In this document: positions 10,601 through 19,132 of the stretch, piece after piece
Layout: every line of letters starts with the position of its first letter
Position numbering within the stretch: the first letter of the stretch is position 1
From: a virus
Lineage: Duplodnaviria > Caudoviricetes
IMG/VR virus record: IMGVR_UViG_3300020413_000003
Location: 1 to 64,000 of that record
DNA: 64,000 bases
Reading direction: 5' to 3' (one strand)
Notes under the pieces: model-generated
Databases searched by the model: none
The model's input: only the letters and a program-made list of their open reading frames with translations
What the model was told of the DNA's origin: nothing
Position numbers and translations under genes: made by a program

Positions 10601-10699
10601 AAGACAGGTGGTGGTGGTTCGATGCCAGCTCTTGCAGGTGCTAAAGCATCATTAAATGCTGCTAATCTTCAAAGTAACTTCAGTATTGCTAAGTTCTAA
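7688..10699 (+). CDS. tape-measure-like/baseplate hub protein, paralogue 2 (1003 aa)
   Basis: N-terminal ~200 aa align by eye with paralogue 1; FATGGWISGPDSGY motif; Gly-rich. Confidence 0.7.
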   Translation: MAISKDTKINVYKMISPNIGKSAAAGAADKASANYQMKTVQAFNNLGGVLNSIGGVVADIKKIELKRLQDEKKRIKQFDPKYTKVEKPKFASFVSDFIGRNAPNFLEGLLKIFTGFIKLAIIKPALEWLADKNNQQKIKNTIETIFKFLKFVTTFISKRLTGLMDGLYDLLRDDATWWERLTGFAKSFIHLGALFVGIRWLTNPVKLIKDVRGVLTVFYRSLTRFSKGLKTRGRFPGGWKGKVLSGAVVTGAAAWGINKAVNVNDEEEMAYGGYRQKKLPEFATGGWISGPDSGYPVSTSPGGGSPEFIGHGTEYVAKKNTGESFVIPFNNFATKAMPGLTEANMMTASSLGFDMPRLNDKQFFLGKMFSGAKNLFSGKTWGGANTGSGRTGGFGAGTYGSGRPSDGASKGPGMNAGWQGRLMQSLPQIGSAVFGNKGGAIGGAISTIFGGQGSGEGGKATGMDIIRGIGGVASQFLEPGSKGANILNTVGGLAGTMFGQGTEGMSFGQRLGHLGKDFLGRFGNNMLGQMTGMDGAGLNQALGNILGATQGAGGKRGADQKLVGGGQQAVVEAGRGFLNQGYTVFNHPNFKNNKWRKGPPNKSGYDAAARQRSGKGGLYDKGLAFDVGYFGKGNRDAQLQNVANMAYGNKKGLKLTSIIGDIWGKWIFGGTKKPPGSYGVRNKIQMGFGDSQVAGSGDIGMSGSELERMKKVIAIKSGGDPDQMAVTARSLFNQASMGTGTTMQSMTDILNSLGVNENMTLNPNVANKANKAISASMDDKWMSGMLGRKGFSEPQSMALLNSTGFGKGIYSSKSGASSIKFGNTVFNTEDNKFFNTFMKNSDLGIANGNNPMFPSRAETDTKKKKNQRGSAFASQTMYSPSSAGPASSGNMGSGSILGGPSNSGGQQAGAKDTKREESYALQKVYKDRAYSREQISERTRRLVAETMAAVEAHNASVRANVAAAASAVEKMKTGGGGSMPALAGAKASLNAANLQSNFSIAKF

Positions 10700-12075
10700 T
10701 GACAATCCAAAGATCTAATGTAGGTGAAATTGAATATCGTCTTAGTCTTTTTAGAGACGGTAAACGATTAGCAAATGAGGAAGGAGCATTCAACTTGTAC
10801 AACTTCTGTAGAGGTTGGGAGATTCGTGAACGTCTTGATAGATCTACAGTCGAAGCATCATTTGTTTTTGAAGACTCTGCAGGTATCATCAACATGATGA
10901 CAGGTCACGAAGAATTAAAATTACAAGTCACAACATCTATTATTGATAGAACATATAACTTTAGAATATACTGTGTTCACTCACGTTCTAGAACAAACCC
11001 AACTAACGATGTATTCATGGTTGAAGCATGTTCTACTGAGTTTATTAAGAACGAATCAGTTAGTGTCTTTGGTGATTCAACAGAAATTTTCCAAGGTAAG
11101 AGTGAATCGAGTGACATAGTAAAGAGTCTTATAACTGATACCAGATATCTTAATAGTGAAAAGAAAGTATTCACTGAAGAAAGTATTAATAATCAAAGAT
11201 TTACTGCACCTAACTGGAGACCTATTGATACAATCTATTGGTTAGCACAGAGAAGTGTAAGAAAATCTAGGAAAGGTGGCATACTACAGAATGGATTTCT
11301 ATTTTATGAAAATGGTTTAGGTTATCACTTCAGATCTGTTGATGGATTGATTGATGATATTAACGATCAGACATTCGACAAGCAAACAAATAAACTTACA
11401 GGAAGACCTAGGTGTTACAAGTATCACTACAGTCCTAAGAAAGTTGACGAGACTGCTGCTGATGCATTCACTATCGGTGGTATTACATTTCCAAGAGAGA
11501 AACATCTTTTAGAATTGATGAGGGATGGTAGTTTCTCAGGATTCTCAGTTGGATTTGATCCAGTTACTATAGGATCATCTAAGATGGGTATGAGTACAGA
11601 ACTAACAACTACTGATCCTACTTACGACTTAGATAAGATATGGGAAAAGATGTCTCATTTAGATGGGAAGAAAACTGTTAACCCGTTGACTCAACTAGAT
11701 CCTATTGTTCATCAGATGGTGTCGAAACCAAGAAGAATTAGGTATTCATTCTTACCAAATCAAACATTTGATCCTAAGTTTATGAATAATCCTCAAGCAA
11801 ACTATCAAGAAATGATAGATCTACAGGCATATCAGTTCATGAGGTTAGAATCTCTTAAAAATATTCAACTTAAAATAACTGTACCAGGTAACTTAGACTT
11901 GTATGCAGGTGGTGGAATAGATGTCATCATACCTGCTAACTTTAAATCTGGTAGACAGACACCTCTAGACAGGAAATATAGTGGTAGATATTTAATATCG
12001 TCAGTGAAACACAACACTACAGGAACTATTCTTTACACAGAACTAGACTTACTCAAGGACTCTGTGTTAAGATAA
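10699..12075 (+). CDS. baseplate hub protein (gp27/late control D-like)
   Basis: FLFYENGLGYHFRSVD and C-terminal ITVPGNLDLYAG...SGRYLISSVKH motifs of contractile-tail hub proteins; upstream of gp5. Confidence 0.7.
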   Translation: MTIQRSNVGEIEYRLSLFRDGKRLANEEGAFNLYNFCRGWEIRERLDRSTVEASFVFEDSAGIINMMTGHEELKLQVTTSIIDRTYNFRIYCVHSRSRTNPTNDVFMVEACSTEFIKNESVSVFGDSTEIFQGKSESSDIVKSLITDTRYLNSEKKVFTEESINNQRFTAPNWRPIDTIYWLAQRSVRKSRKGGILQNGFLFYENGLGYHFRSVDGLIDDINDQTFDKQTNKLTGRPRCYKYHYSPKKVDETAADAFTIGGITFPREKHLLELMRDGSFSGFSVGFDPVTIGSSKMGMSTELTTTDPTYDLDKIWEKMSHLDGKKTVNPLTQLDPIVHQMVSKPRRIRYSFLPNQTFDPKFMNNPQANYQEMIDLQAYQFMRLESLKNIQLKITVPGNLDLYAGGGIDVIIPANFKSGRQTPLDRKYSGRYLISSVKHNTTGTILYTELDLLKDSVLR

Positions 12076-12078
12076 ATA
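12072..12078 (+). promoter_or_regulatory. late promoter upstream of CP12-like gene
   Basis: ATAAATA, then an AGGAG RBS, then ATG at 12102. Confidence 0.55.
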
Positions 12079-12101
12079 ATAGTATAGAACAGGAGTTAGC
12101 T

Positions 12102-12407
12102 ATGATTACCGAAGAATTTAAAGGTATCGGAGAAAATCCTCAAGCAAAAAGGACTCATGACTTAGAACACGAAGTTTATCTTGATCCTAAAGATGGTAAG
12201 GAGCATATCAATCATGGTATGTTAGAGTATAAAAAGTCTGAACTAGAAGAAGTTCATGCTGATTATGAAACCTTTCATAAAGATGATGTTGTTGACCCTA
12301 ATGAGGGTAAGATAAATGACTGGCACACAAGACATGAGGATAAGCATTTAGAAATCTACTGCGACAATCATCCTGATGCATTTGAGTGTAGAGTATACGA
12401 CGATTAG
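12102..12407 (+). CDS. cp12: CP12-domain protein (Calvin-cycle regulator-like auxiliary gene)
   Basis: C-terminal LEIYCDNHPDAFECRVYDD is the CP12 Cys-pair motif; N-terminal Cys pair absent. Confidence 0.75.
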   Translation: MITEEFKGIGENPQAKRTHDLEHEVYLDPKDGKEHINHGMLEYKKSELEEVHADYETFHKDDVVDPNEGKINDWHTRHEDKHLEIYCDNHPDAFECRVYDD

Positions 12408-12421
12408 TTAGTATTTTTGTA

Positions 12422-12874
12422 ATGGAGTCAATTTTTGATCAGTTTCTATTAGGTCACTGGCATAATAGAGCACAAGCACAGTCTAATCCATCACTATTTG
12501 CTCAGACAGAGATTATCTGGGCAAAGGAAGGGGAATGGTATACGTCTAAGAATTTTTATAGAGTAGATGGTCCTCATAAACCATATCGTAATAAAAAACA
12601 CAAGATACAAGTAGCATCTAAAAGTTATATAATCATGCAGAATTATAAACTTGATGGAACAAGACATCAAGAATGTGATATGCATTTCACATATCAAAAT
12701 GATTATTGGAGTGGTAAACTAGACAGTACAAGATGTAAAGGTGAGAAAGGATACAGAATAGAATCTATGATTAATCTCTATGGTGAGAAATTATTCTCAA
12801 GAGACAGAGGATTAAACCAGAAGGGTGAGAAAGTCTGGGGTAGTGATGAAATTTATAAGTTCGTCCGTATATAA
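12422..12874 (+). CDS. cpeT: CpeT/CpcT-family phycobiliprotein lyase
   Basis: GHWHNRAQAQSNPSLFA, PYR, CDMHF and SRDRG....KVWGS motifs. Confidence 0.82.
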   Translation: MESIFDQFLLGHWHNRAQAQSNPSLFAQTEIIWAKEGEWYTSKNFYRVDGPHKPYRNKKHKIQVASKSYIIMQNYKLDGTRHQECDMHFTYQNDYWSGKLDSTRCKGEKGYRIESMINLYGEKLFSRDRGLNQKGEKVWGSDEIYKFVRI

Positions 12875-12940
12875 TTCAACTTTTAATTACCAGAATACCG
12901 TAAAAAAAATTCTGGGTATTTTTTAGCGTGTAGGGTTTTC
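12868..12940. repeat. ~73-bp intergenic A-tract element, copy 2
   Basis: TATATAATTCAACTTTTAATTACCAGAATACCGTAAAAAAAATTCTGGGTATTTTTTAGCGTGTAGGGTTTT, similar to 283-356. Confidence 0.75.
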
Positions 12941-13024
12941 ATGAAGAAAATCTAAAGATAATATAAAGGGACTCGCGTTTGTGTGGATTTCAATATAAAA
13001 TAGTAGAAGTTATTAAAACATAAT

Positions 13025-13318
13025 ATGAGTGGCGATTCCCATTATTCCGACCAACCAATTAAATTCTACTCCGATTGTGTGACTGAAACCAAAAAACGTT
13101 TAATACAGCATCACATGACATACGAAAGCACAACAATAGCAGATACCGATTTAACGGATGAAGAGTGGATTGAAATGATTGCACTAAAACAAGCAATTAG
13201 TGAAAACCCTGCATCTGTACATCCTACAAAAATGGAGTATTTTACAGAATTGATCGTCAGATCTGATAGTGTTTATTCTAATGCTAGATGGAGGAAAGGA
13301 GGTCCGCTAGAGGAATAA
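13025..13318 (+). CDS. hypothetical protein (cyanobacteria/cyanophage-type)
   Basis: ORF track; EEW.EM.ALKQAI..NPASVHP.KME motif. Confidence 0.6.
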   Translation: MSGDSHYSDQPIKFYSDCVTETKKRLIQHHMTYESTTIADTDLTDEEWIEMIALKQAISENPASVHPTKMEYFTELIVRSDSVYSNARWRKGGPLEE

Positions 13319-13321
13319 ATA
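13315..13321 (+). promoter_or_regulatory. late promoter
   Basis: ATAAATA upstream of gp5. Confidence 0.55.
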
Positions 13322-13339
13322 ACTAAAAAGCTGCTTAAA

Positions 13340-15682
13340 ATGAAGCTAGTTGATGGTATACAAAATGAGAATTCATCAGGGTTTGTCGGTAAGGACGGAT
13401 TCTTTTGGTGGGTAGGAGAAGTAGAAGATAACGAAGATCCAATGGAATTGGGTAGAGTTAAGGTGCGTGTGCTTGGTTATTACACTAATCTACAAGGTGG
13501 AACCATAGCAGACCTTCCTACTCATGCTTTACCTTGGGCTACAGTATTACAACATACATCACAAGCGGGTAATGATGGTCAGGGTGAGTCAACAGGACAG
13601 TTACAGACTGGTGCTGTTGTTATGGGATTTTTCATGGATGGTGAAACTGCTCAAATGCCAATAGTTATTGGTGTTATGAGAGTTAAGAAGTCTGAAGATA
13701 CTAAGACAACCTCAACACTTGCTTTTACAGATCAATTACCAGAATGGGGTACTGCACCTAATTCATCTGCTATACATCCTGCAGATAAGAATACTAACAA
13801 ACCATCAGCATTAAGACAGAGTGGACATAATAGTGTTGCATATCCAGGTCAAACTACTACAGAATCAGGAGGAGATGGATCTCCTAAAAATATTGGTGTA
13901 GATATACACGGTAGTTCATATAATCCTATTAAACCCTTAGATCCTTCACATCCATTTCCAACTGCTAATGGTATTGGTGGTCCTTGGAAGAGTTTAGAGT
14001 ATAAGATGTCTTACATGATAGAGGATATGGCACATATGACCTCTAGTCTTGTTAAAATATCAGATGGCAAATATTTGGATATAGTTGTAGGTAAATATGT
14101 AACAACTAAAGACCTAACTATGAAAATAGATAATTTCTTGACAGTTATATACAGTCAAGTTATTTCTACTATGCGTCAAGCAACATCTACACTAGCAACT
14201 AATTTACAGGTAGAAGCGTTGCAATCAGATGCTATTGGAATACCATTTGCGTCTTATAATAGCATTCATGAGGCAGCAGAGACAGTTTTAAAGTCATTAT
14301 GTGTTATTGATGCTAATATTGAAACTTACAAGAAAGATTGTTTAACTGTAGTTACTAACTACATTGATGCATGTTTAACTAATACCAAAACAAAAGAAGA
14401 ACTAGTAAAACATACAGTTGACGAAGTTGTAAAAACTATTGTTGACGAATCTACTAAAATTATCAAAAATCTAAGTGATGTAGTAAGTTTGGTTAAAAAT
14501 AAGGTTGAAACAACTAATGGACTTAATATTATTACTGAATGGGAGACAGGAAGTGGTATATTTGAGTTGAGATCAGATTTATTCAGTCAGACACACACAA
14601 ACCTGACTGGTTTGATGAAAATATTACTTAAATTCCGTTCTAGTGAATGTAATAGAACTACTAATGGTAAGGACTTAGTTGGTTGGTTCCCTTTGTTTGG
14701 TTGTACTCGTTTAACTGGTAACGATTTAGATGCAATCAATAAGATAAGAGGTGATGACTTATTTGGATCTATGTTTAAAGAAGCAGATCCAAATATGACT
14801 ACCGCTACAAATTATATTAGTGGAGGTTATGAATTACATCTAGGAACACCAGGTCGTAAGGCAGATATTACTAAGAGAGCAAATGGAACAACTCATACCT
14901 CTATTACCTTTAATAATGCTCATCTCTATGAAAAACAGATAAGAGATCAATTAAGGAAAGCAGTTGATTATGACTCGTTGGCAGATGATGTTATAGAAGC
15001 AAAAGTTGCAGAATATGTTAATAAGGCAACTAGTAATGAGGGTGATACAGGTGCTTTAGTAGCAGATCATATATCTTATGCAGGAACCTTAACTCAAGAA
15101 GTTCATGGCGATGACTGTAAAATTATCAATAAAGACTATGTTCGTAATATTGAAGGTGATTACTTATTAAAGATAACAGGTAATTGCCATATTGAAGTAG
15201 GAGGAGGATTCTACTTAGGTGCTGAGGGAGGAACTCATAAACATGCTCTTAGGTTTGGGTCTGATGTTGATATGAATGTTGTTGGATCTAAATTTGAATT
15301 ACAAGGATCAGAATGTAAGTTAGGATCAGTATCAACCAAAATCACTGGTAGTATATTTGAAAACTCATCTTATCAGCAGACTATGAGTGGTATGGAGATT
15401 ACTATGTCAGCAGAAAACTCAATAGAAATGGTAACACCACATATACTTCAGTTAATCAATATAGAGCAGAGTGAAACACCTAAGAAAGTTACTGGAATAA
15501 GGACGGTAATAAATGGTGGATATGAGACTATATTAAACCCATCAATACTAGAAAACTACAAAGTTAACCTATCATCTACCGCAGGGTACTATAATAATGC
15601 TATCACTAGTGGTAAATTTAGCGTTATTACACCGAACACAACCAGTTCGGAAACTGTCACAGGAACGTTGACCCTTCAATAA
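13340..15682 (+). CDS. gp5: baseplate central spike gp5 (OB-fold plus C-terminal beta-helix; no lysozyme motif recognised)
   Basis: FFWWVGEVEDNEDPMELGRVKVRVLGYY...LPWA...VMGFFMDG..AQMPIVIG; C-terminal VHGDD/IEGDY/ITGNC repeats. Confidence 0.9.
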   Translation: MKLVDGIQNENSSGFVGKDGFFWWVGEVEDNEDPMELGRVKVRVLGYYTNLQGGTIADLPTHALPWATVLQHTSQAGNDGQGESTGQLQTGAVVMGFFMDGETAQMPIVIGVMRVKKSEDTKTTSTLAFTDQLPEWGTAPNSSAIHPADKNTNKPSALRQSGHNSVAYPGQTTTESGGDGSPKNIGVDIHGSSYNPIKPLDPSHPFPTANGIGGPWKSLEYKMSYMIEDMAHMTSSLVKISDGKYLDIVVGKYVTTKDLTMKIDNFLTVIYSQVISTMRQATSTLATNLQVEALQSDAIGIPFASYNSIHEAAETVLKSLCVIDANIETYKKDCLTVVTNYIDACLTNTKTKEELVKHTVDEVVKTIVDESTKIIKNLSDVVSLVKNKVETTNGLNIITEWETGSGIFELRSDLFSQTHTNLTGLMKILLKFRSSECNRTTNGKDLVGWFPLFGCTRLTGNDLDAINKIRGDDLFGSMFKEADPNMTTATNYISGGYELHLGTPGRKADITKRANGTTHTSITFNNAHLYEKQIRDQLRKAVDYDSLADDVIEAKVAEYVNKATSNEGDTGALVADHISYAGTLTQEVHGDDCKIINKDYVRNIEGDYLLKITGNCHIEVGGGFYLGAEGGTHKHALRFGSDVDMNVVGSKFELQGSECKLGSVSTKITGSIFENSSYQQTMSGMEITMSAENSIEMVTPHILQLINIEQSETPKKVTGIRTVINGGYETILNPSILENYKVNLSSTAGYYNNAITSGKFSVITPNTTSSETVTGTLTLQ

Positions 15683-15696
15683 TATTATGCTATTAT
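15639..15696 (+). promoter_or_regulatory. palindrome-associated sigma70-type early promoter
   Basis: CAACCA-N10-TGTCAC, TTGACC-17 nt-TATTAT with extended TG. Confidence 0.6.
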
Positions 15697-15718
15697 AGAT
15701 ATATCTACAGAGGTAACT

Positions 15719-15928
15719 ATGACAGATTTTACATCTGATTCCGATAACGAGATTTATCTAGCACATGTCTTCATTGACATATCTAAAAGACAGATCAAAC
15801 TTGTTTCCGAAGATGGTTACGAGGATAGTATCGTTTGGAAGTTCGACAGAGAAGGTGCTGAAGGTTTTTCAGAAACCACAACTGCTATGATCGAAACACT
15901 AAACGAAGATTTATTGACAATTTATTAA
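15719..15928 (+). CDS. hypothetical protein
   Basis: ORF track; GAGG RBS; follows the promoter. Confidence 0.65.
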   Translation: MTDFTSDSDNEIYLAHVFIDISKRQIKLVSEDGYEDSIVWKFDREGAEGFSETTTAMIETLNEDLLTIY

Positions 15929-16239
15929 TGACCGATTTTCAAGAAATTACTGAGGAAGAAGCAGCATTAAATTTTGCCTTCCTCTTGACTATGTGTGAAA
16001 GAAACAGAACAGTCTGGAAGATTAAACGTAAAGATGGTTCTATTGCATTACTGTCACCAGTAAAGCAGTCAGGTCCTCCAGTTGATCCAGAAGTTCTTGA
16101 TGTTGTAGAAGAATTTAGAAAGAGTTTTATAGATGAAAATACCAAATTGGCAGCATCACTCCAAGAAGAATCTCAAGCGTCGATTGAAGCCGCAAGCGTT
16201 ACGTCAGGCACGAAAGCGTCTGAAATTTCTCAAAGCTAA
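15928..16239 (+). CDS. hypothetical protein, possible Phd/YefM-like N-terminal fold
   Basis: ITEEEAALNFAFLLTMCE..RTVWKIKRKDGSIALLSPV resembles the Phd/YefM pattern; low certainty. Confidence 0.45.
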   Translation: MTDFQEITEEEAALNFAFLLTMCERNRTVWKIKRKDGSIALLSPVKQSGPPVDPEVLDVVEEFRKSFIDENTKLAASLQEESQASIEAASVTSGTKASEISQS

Positions 16240-16249
16240 ATTATTATGA
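16133..16249 (+). CDS. small basic protein (38 aa) overlapping the previous gene (not in ORF track)
   Basis: MKIPNWQHHSKKNLKRRLKPQALRQARKRLKFLKAKLL*; its TGA overlaps the next ATG (ATGA). Confidence 0.6.
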   Translation: MKIPNWQHHSKKNLKRRLKPQALRQARKRLKFLKAKLL

Positions 16250-16470
16250 AACTGACACAGGAAGTGATCGACAAGATCCAAGAAGCAATGCTACACACCA
16301 AAAAAGATGGTAGTATTAATTGGCAAGATAGTGATGAGATAGAGGTAAACTTAGCAGGTACATTTGCTGCTGATAGATTTATTGTAATTAAGAATAAGAC
16401 TAAAGATCCTGTTATAAGTGCTGCACCACATCCTAGATTTGATTATGAAAAGAAAGAGTGGAAGAAATGA
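16246..16470 (+). CDS. hypothetical protein
   Basis: ORF track; coupled start. Confidence 0.65.
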   Translation: MKLTQEVIDKIQEAMLHTKKDGSINWQDSDEIEVNLAGTFAADRFIVIKNKTKDPVISAAPHPRFDYEKKEWKK

Positions 16471-16633
16471 ACAAGACATTGGAGAAAATATTAGAACCGA
16501 TACTTTTGGTCGGGTTGACAAGTGTTCTATTGGTGATGTTTGGAATCTTTACTGTAGAACACTTCATAGTCAGACCACCCATGAGATTATTAGGACTTGG
16601 TGAGTATAAAAAAAGGAAGAGAAGGAAAAGAAA

Positions 16634-17119
16634 ATGATTGATGTAGTTGATGAGTTTCTAGAAGATCATCTTCATCATAGAATGTTTGAGTATTGTAAAA
16701 ATGCCAAATATCGTTATGGAGAATGTGACGAATATGGTCTACCACCTGTAGGTATGGTATCTGATATAATTCCAGATGGTAATGAAAGTCCATTTGATTT
16801 ATTTGAAGATAGAATAGCAGGGGAATTTCATCCAGAATATCAAGGGTGTCCTTATAGAATGTACGTAAATCTATTCATACCTGGTGAAATACCATTCTGG
16901 CACAAGGATGGAGAAGAGGGAACAACATTCTTATATTATCCTAATATGCATTGGGAACCAAATATGTTAGGAGAGACTCAGTTTTTAATTGATGGTGAAA
17001 TTACAGGTATTATTCCTAAACCTAACAGATTAGTTGGATTTGATGCTAATATATCACATAGAGCAACTTCATTTAGAAGTGAACATAGATTTTCCATAGC
17101 AATTAAGTATTATGAGTGA
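16634..17119 (+). CDS. 2OG-Fe(II) oxygenase
   Basis: H-K-D ... H ... R-F-S triad and 2OG-binding motif. Confidence 0.82.
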   Translation: MIDVVDEFLEDHLHHRMFEYCKNAKYRYGECDEYGLPPVGMVSDIIPDGNESPFDLFEDRIAGEFHPEYQGCPYRMYVNLFIPGEIPFWHKDGEEGTTFLYYPNMHWEPNMLGETQFLIDGEITGIIPKPNRLVGFDANISHRATSFRSEHRFSIAIKYYE

Positions 17120-17768
17120 TCGTTTTTATGTAGAACCATTATTTTCTAATTTTCTTGCATCAGATATTTTAGATATTGATGATGATAAAATTACAAAATA
17201 TATTAAAACTGTAGAACCAGGTATACCACTCGATTTAAATCAACCTGAGATACATGAGGTTGTAGATCATGTTCATAACTTAATTCCTAGATTCATGAAA
17301 CTCTATGGATTAGGAACCAAGGCAAAACCAAGAATTACTACCTGTTGGGCAAATAGAAGTAACTCTGCTGAACCTTTAAAACCTCATCTTCATGGTACAC
17401 ATTGGATTAGTGTTGTGTATTATCCAGAGGCAGATGAAGAATCACCAGATTTAATACTAAAGAATCCTATTACCAACGTTATGGAGTATGCAGTTCCATA
17501 TCAATATCATGAATTTGCAACTTGGTATAACTCTGGAAGAATAAAAGTATCACCTAAAAAAGGATTGATGATAGCATTTCCTTCATGGTTAGAACATTGG
17601 GTAGACCCAGAGTGCCCTTCTACTAGCAATAGGTATAGTTTAGCATTAAATATAACCTTAAATCATATATCAGATGAGTATATTCAAGACATATATCACC
17701 CGAATAACAAATTAGCAGAGATGTATGGTATAGTTAACACATTGAGGGACGAGAGCCCTTATAAATAA
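17112..17768 (+). CDS. putative 2OG-Fe(II) oxygenase (TIGR02466-like)
   Basis: PHLH..WISVVYYP, FPSWLEHWV, RYSLALN. Confidence 0.82.
   Translation: MSDRFYVEPLFSNFLASDILDIDDDKITKYIKTVEPGIPLDLNQPEIHEVVDHVHNLIPRFMKLYGLGTKAKPRITTCWANRSNSAEPLKPHLHGTHWISVVYYPEADEESPDLILKNPITNVMEYAVPYQYHEFATWYNSGRIKVSPKKGLMIAFPSWLEHWVDPECPSTSNRYSLALNITLNHISDEYIQDIYHPNNKLAEMYGIVNTLRDESPYK
17760..17767 (+). promoter_or_regulatory. late promoter
   Basis: Perfect T4 late consensus TATAAATA. Confidence 0.65.
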
Positions 17769-17794
17769 AACCGTAGCCAATAGTATAATTATTC

Positions 17795-19126
17795 GTGGGA
17801 ACCAAGAAGATTTCTCAACTGGAAACAATTTCGGATAGCAATATATCTGGAGAAGCAATTCTTCCTATTGTTGTATCTGATCCTTTGATTCCTAACAGAA
17901 AAGCAAAAGTAAATCAATTATTCAGAGGACTGGCACAGGGAACTAAAGACTCTCCTGGTCTAGCTTTTGATTTAGATAGAGATAGTGGACTATATCAAGC
18001 AGCATATAATCAAATAGGTATTGCCTTTGGTGATGGTGGTTTGTATATGACTCGTCTTGACAATGGAAATAGTAGTACTTCATTGTATGTTACTGCTATT
18101 GATGATGTTGCAAACAATACTGACATAGTTTTTGCACCGAAAGGAACGGGATCTGTTAAAGTAACGGGTCAGTTTTTGATGTCCGATGAACAATTCTTCT
18201 TAGAAGATGCTCAGGGTCCTAAAATCAGATTTGAAGCAGGTAATGTAGGAACTGGTAGTAATACCAGAATAATGACAATGCCTGAGATAACTGCAGGTAA
18301 TGGAACTACTCTTGTTGGTGCTGATACTACACAAACGTTAACAAATAAGACTCTTCTTATTGATGAAGATAACTTTGTTATTATTGATGGTGCAGAAGAG
18401 GCAATATTCCAGATTAACTGGCCAACTACTTCAGGTACTCGTAGATCATATTTCTTACCAGACGCAGGATCAGTAACAACTACCACTGAACCTACTGCTA
18501 CATCGTCTACCTTGTTAGATACAAAGACTGAACAGGTTATTTTATCAAAAACATTTGTAAGTCCTAAAGTTACAAATTCAGCAGAGGTTGGTTCATTTAC
18601 AGCACAGTTTAATGCTTCTGCTCTGACTGCAGATAGAACTATTACACTTCCAGATCAAAGTTTAGAATTAGTAGGAACTGAATCTACTCAGAACCTTAAA
18701 AACAAGGTTCACGAGGACATAATTCTTGCTGATACAACTGATAATACTAAGAAGTTTACATTTATCCTAGATAATTCTAACACTCTTACTAATAGTCAGG
18801 TAAAATTCCCACCTACAGCAGACCTAAATACTGGTGGTGGTAATGTATTATTCAGCACAATCGTTACTGAATTTGCAACTCAAGTCTTACAAAACAAGAC
18901 TATCTACCAACCCGTTGTAAAAGAAGACGCAACAGCAGTAGGAACAGTTACTTTCAGAACTGATAATATTACTGCTCCAAGAACTATTAAGTTCCCTGAT
19001 GCCGATGCTACACTTCTTTCAACTGAGAACGTTACACTTGATAACGTTACCTTTGGTGCAGGTTTGGCAGCATCACATTTAGTAGGTCGAACTCAACTAC
19101 AACAATTTTTCTACGCAGGATTCTAA
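17795..19126 (+). CDS. virion structural/tail-fibre-like protein
   Basis: KKISQLE N-terminus, PGLAFDLDRDSGLY, repeated QTLTNKT and RTITLPD fibre motifs; late promoter. Confidence 0.7.
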   Translation: MGTKKISQLETISDSNISGEAILPIVVSDPLIPNRKAKVNQLFRGLAQGTKDSPGLAFDLDRDSGLYQAAYNQIGIAFGDGGLYMTRLDNGNSSTSLYVTAIDDVANNTDIVFAPKGTGSVKVTGQFLMSDEQFFLEDAQGPKIRFEAGNVGTGSNTRIMTMPEITAGNGTTLVGADTTQTLTNKTLLIDEDNFVIIDGAEEAIFQINWPTTSGTRRSYFLPDAGSVTTTTEPTATSSTLLDTKTEQVILSKTFVSPKVTNSAEVGSFTAQFNASALTADRTITLPDQSLELVGTESTQNLKNKVHEDIILADTTDNTKKFTFILDNSNTLTNSQVKFPPTADLNTGGGNVLFSTIVTEFATQVLQNKTIYQPVVKEDATAVGTVTFRTDNITAPRTIKFPDADATLLSTENVTLDNVTFGAGLAASHLVGRTQLQQFFYAGF

Positions 19127-19132
19127 TTAACA

